From Bdellovibrionia bacterium (GTDB lineage: Bacteria; Bdellovibrionota; UBA1018), in assembly GCA_045805065.1 (NCBI GenBank), contig JBJMMA010000008.1, forward strand, positions 1 through 15,906: a DNA stretch of 15,906 bases, written 5' to 3'. Numbering within the stretch: the first letter of the stretch is position 1; each line of letters starts with the position of its first letter. Under the pieces are notes generated by a model. The model made no database searches. It saw nothing but the letters and a program-made list of their open reading frames with translations, and was not told where the DNA came from. Below are positions 15,141-15,906 of this stretch, one piece after another. A program made the position numbers and the translations under genes.

Positions 15141-15170
15141 AAGCGTAGCGGCGGGGCCGCCTCGACTTAA
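15140..15170 (-). repeat. REP-like intergenic repeat, copy 3 (inverted)
   Basis: Reverse complement is TTAAGTCGAGGCGGCCCCGCCGCTACGCTTA, one mismatch to copy 1, located in the loop. Confidence 0.85.
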
Positions 15171-15238
15171 CGCTTCGCCCCAGGGCCCCGTATGTCCAGT
15201 GGACAGTCGAGCACAGGATGTGCGAGAAGGTATAGGTG

Positions 15239-15906
15239 ATGACTTCTACCTCAAAATGGCTGTTAGCCTCGGTTTTCGCACTGATTTTGTCTCAATCGTC
15301 ATATTCGATCATCGGCACGGCGTTCGCCGAGCCGGTCATTATTGATCGCCTTGAGGCAGCGGTGAATTCTCAGCTCGTTCTTCTCTCAGACGTTGAGGAA
15401 TTCAGAAAGACGCTCAAACTCAGAAGCCAGCTTGACCCGATTTTCGCAGGAACAGCCATTGCGCAAAAAGGCGCGTCCGCTTCGACCGAAGAAATCGTCA
15501 ATTTTCTCATCGATGAAAAGCTCATCGCTCAAGCTTTCCCAGTGGGTGACACTGAGGTTGAGCAGGAGATCAACTCCATTCAATCCAATAACCACATCGA
15601 TCGCGGTCAGCTTCGTGCAGCCCTTGCCGAACAAGGATTCACCTTTGATGAATACTTTGAACTGATTCGCGTGAGCGCCAGTAAGCGCAACCTGATTGAC
15701 CGCGATATCCGAACCAAAGTTTCGATCTCGGATGAGGACGTGAAGAATTACTTCTTCTCTCACTATCCTGCAGGCGATCAGGGAAATCGCTCATATACGC
15801 TTCGCCTGATTTTCATCTCTCCAAAAACCTACAAGACACCTGAAGCCACTCGTGAGGCGGCTCAAAACGCTCTGAATGCAGTAAAGGGTGGTGAGGCCTT
15901 CGAAGA
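15239..15906 (+). CDS. surA: SurA-like periplasmic chaperone/PPIase (5' part, runs off the window edge; absent from the ORF track)
   Basis: Manual translation MTSTSKWLLASVFALILSQSSYSIIGTAFAEPVIIDRLEAAVNSQLVLLSDV...LIDEKLI...ALAEQGFTFDEY...KVSISDEDVKNYF...YTLRLIFIS...GEAFE. Signal peptide, SurA N-terminal domain pattern and the start of a rotamase domain; frame open to the end. Confidence 0.85.
   Translation, partial: MTSTSKWLLASVFALILSQSSYSIIGTAFAEPVIIDRLEAAVNSQLVLLSDVEEFRKTLKLRSQLDPIFAGTAIAQKGASASTEEIVNFLIDEKLIAQAFPVGDTEVEQEINSIQSNNHIDRGQLRAALAEQGFTFDEYFELIRVSASKRNLIDRDIRTKVSISDEDVKNYFFSHYPAGDQGNRSYTLRLIFISPKTYKTPEATREAAQNALNAVKGGEAFE

Noticed and set aside
10370..15170. CRISPR array or transposon ends for the 24-31 bp repeats
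   Set aside because: The copies are kilobases apart and in mixed orientation, they flank housekeeping genes, and no cas or transposase gene is in the window.
15106..15345. 79-aa plus-strand ORF
   Set aside because: It begins inside the terminator hairpin, crosses the repeat and overlaps the surA-like frame.

Overview
Bacterial chromosomal window of moderate GC, with two divergently transcribed blocks. The minus strand (10215->182) carries an intact, tightly coupled 11-gene complex I-like operon, nuoA-B-C-D-H-I-J-K-L-M-N, with no nuoE/F/G. It is followed 33 bp later by the start of a second, canonical-looking nuoA that runs off the window edge. The plus strand carries mfd, a secreted PpiC/parvulin-type PPIase and the 5' part of a surA-like gene. 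That order suggests a deltaproteobacterial/Bdellovibrionota-type genome (inference only). The main result, from by-eye comparison with remembered E. coli and T. thermophilus motifs, is that the 11-gene operon appears to encode a 'catalytically disarmed' complex I. The quinone-site triad of NuoD (Nqo4 His38/Tyr87/Asp139 equivalents), the E-channel residues of NuoH/A/J/K and nearly all central-axis Glu/Lys/His residues of NuoL/M/N are substituted, often isosterically (E->Q, K->Q/R, H->Q). All 12 Fe-S cysteine ligands in NuoB and NuoI are kept, the reading frames are open and a near-consensus sigma70 promoter lies upstream. Also seen: three intergenic copies of a REP-like 24-31 bp element, a Shine-Dalgarno separated from the nuoA start by a hairpin, and two terminator-like hairpins. 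Residue equivalences are manual and need a real alignment.
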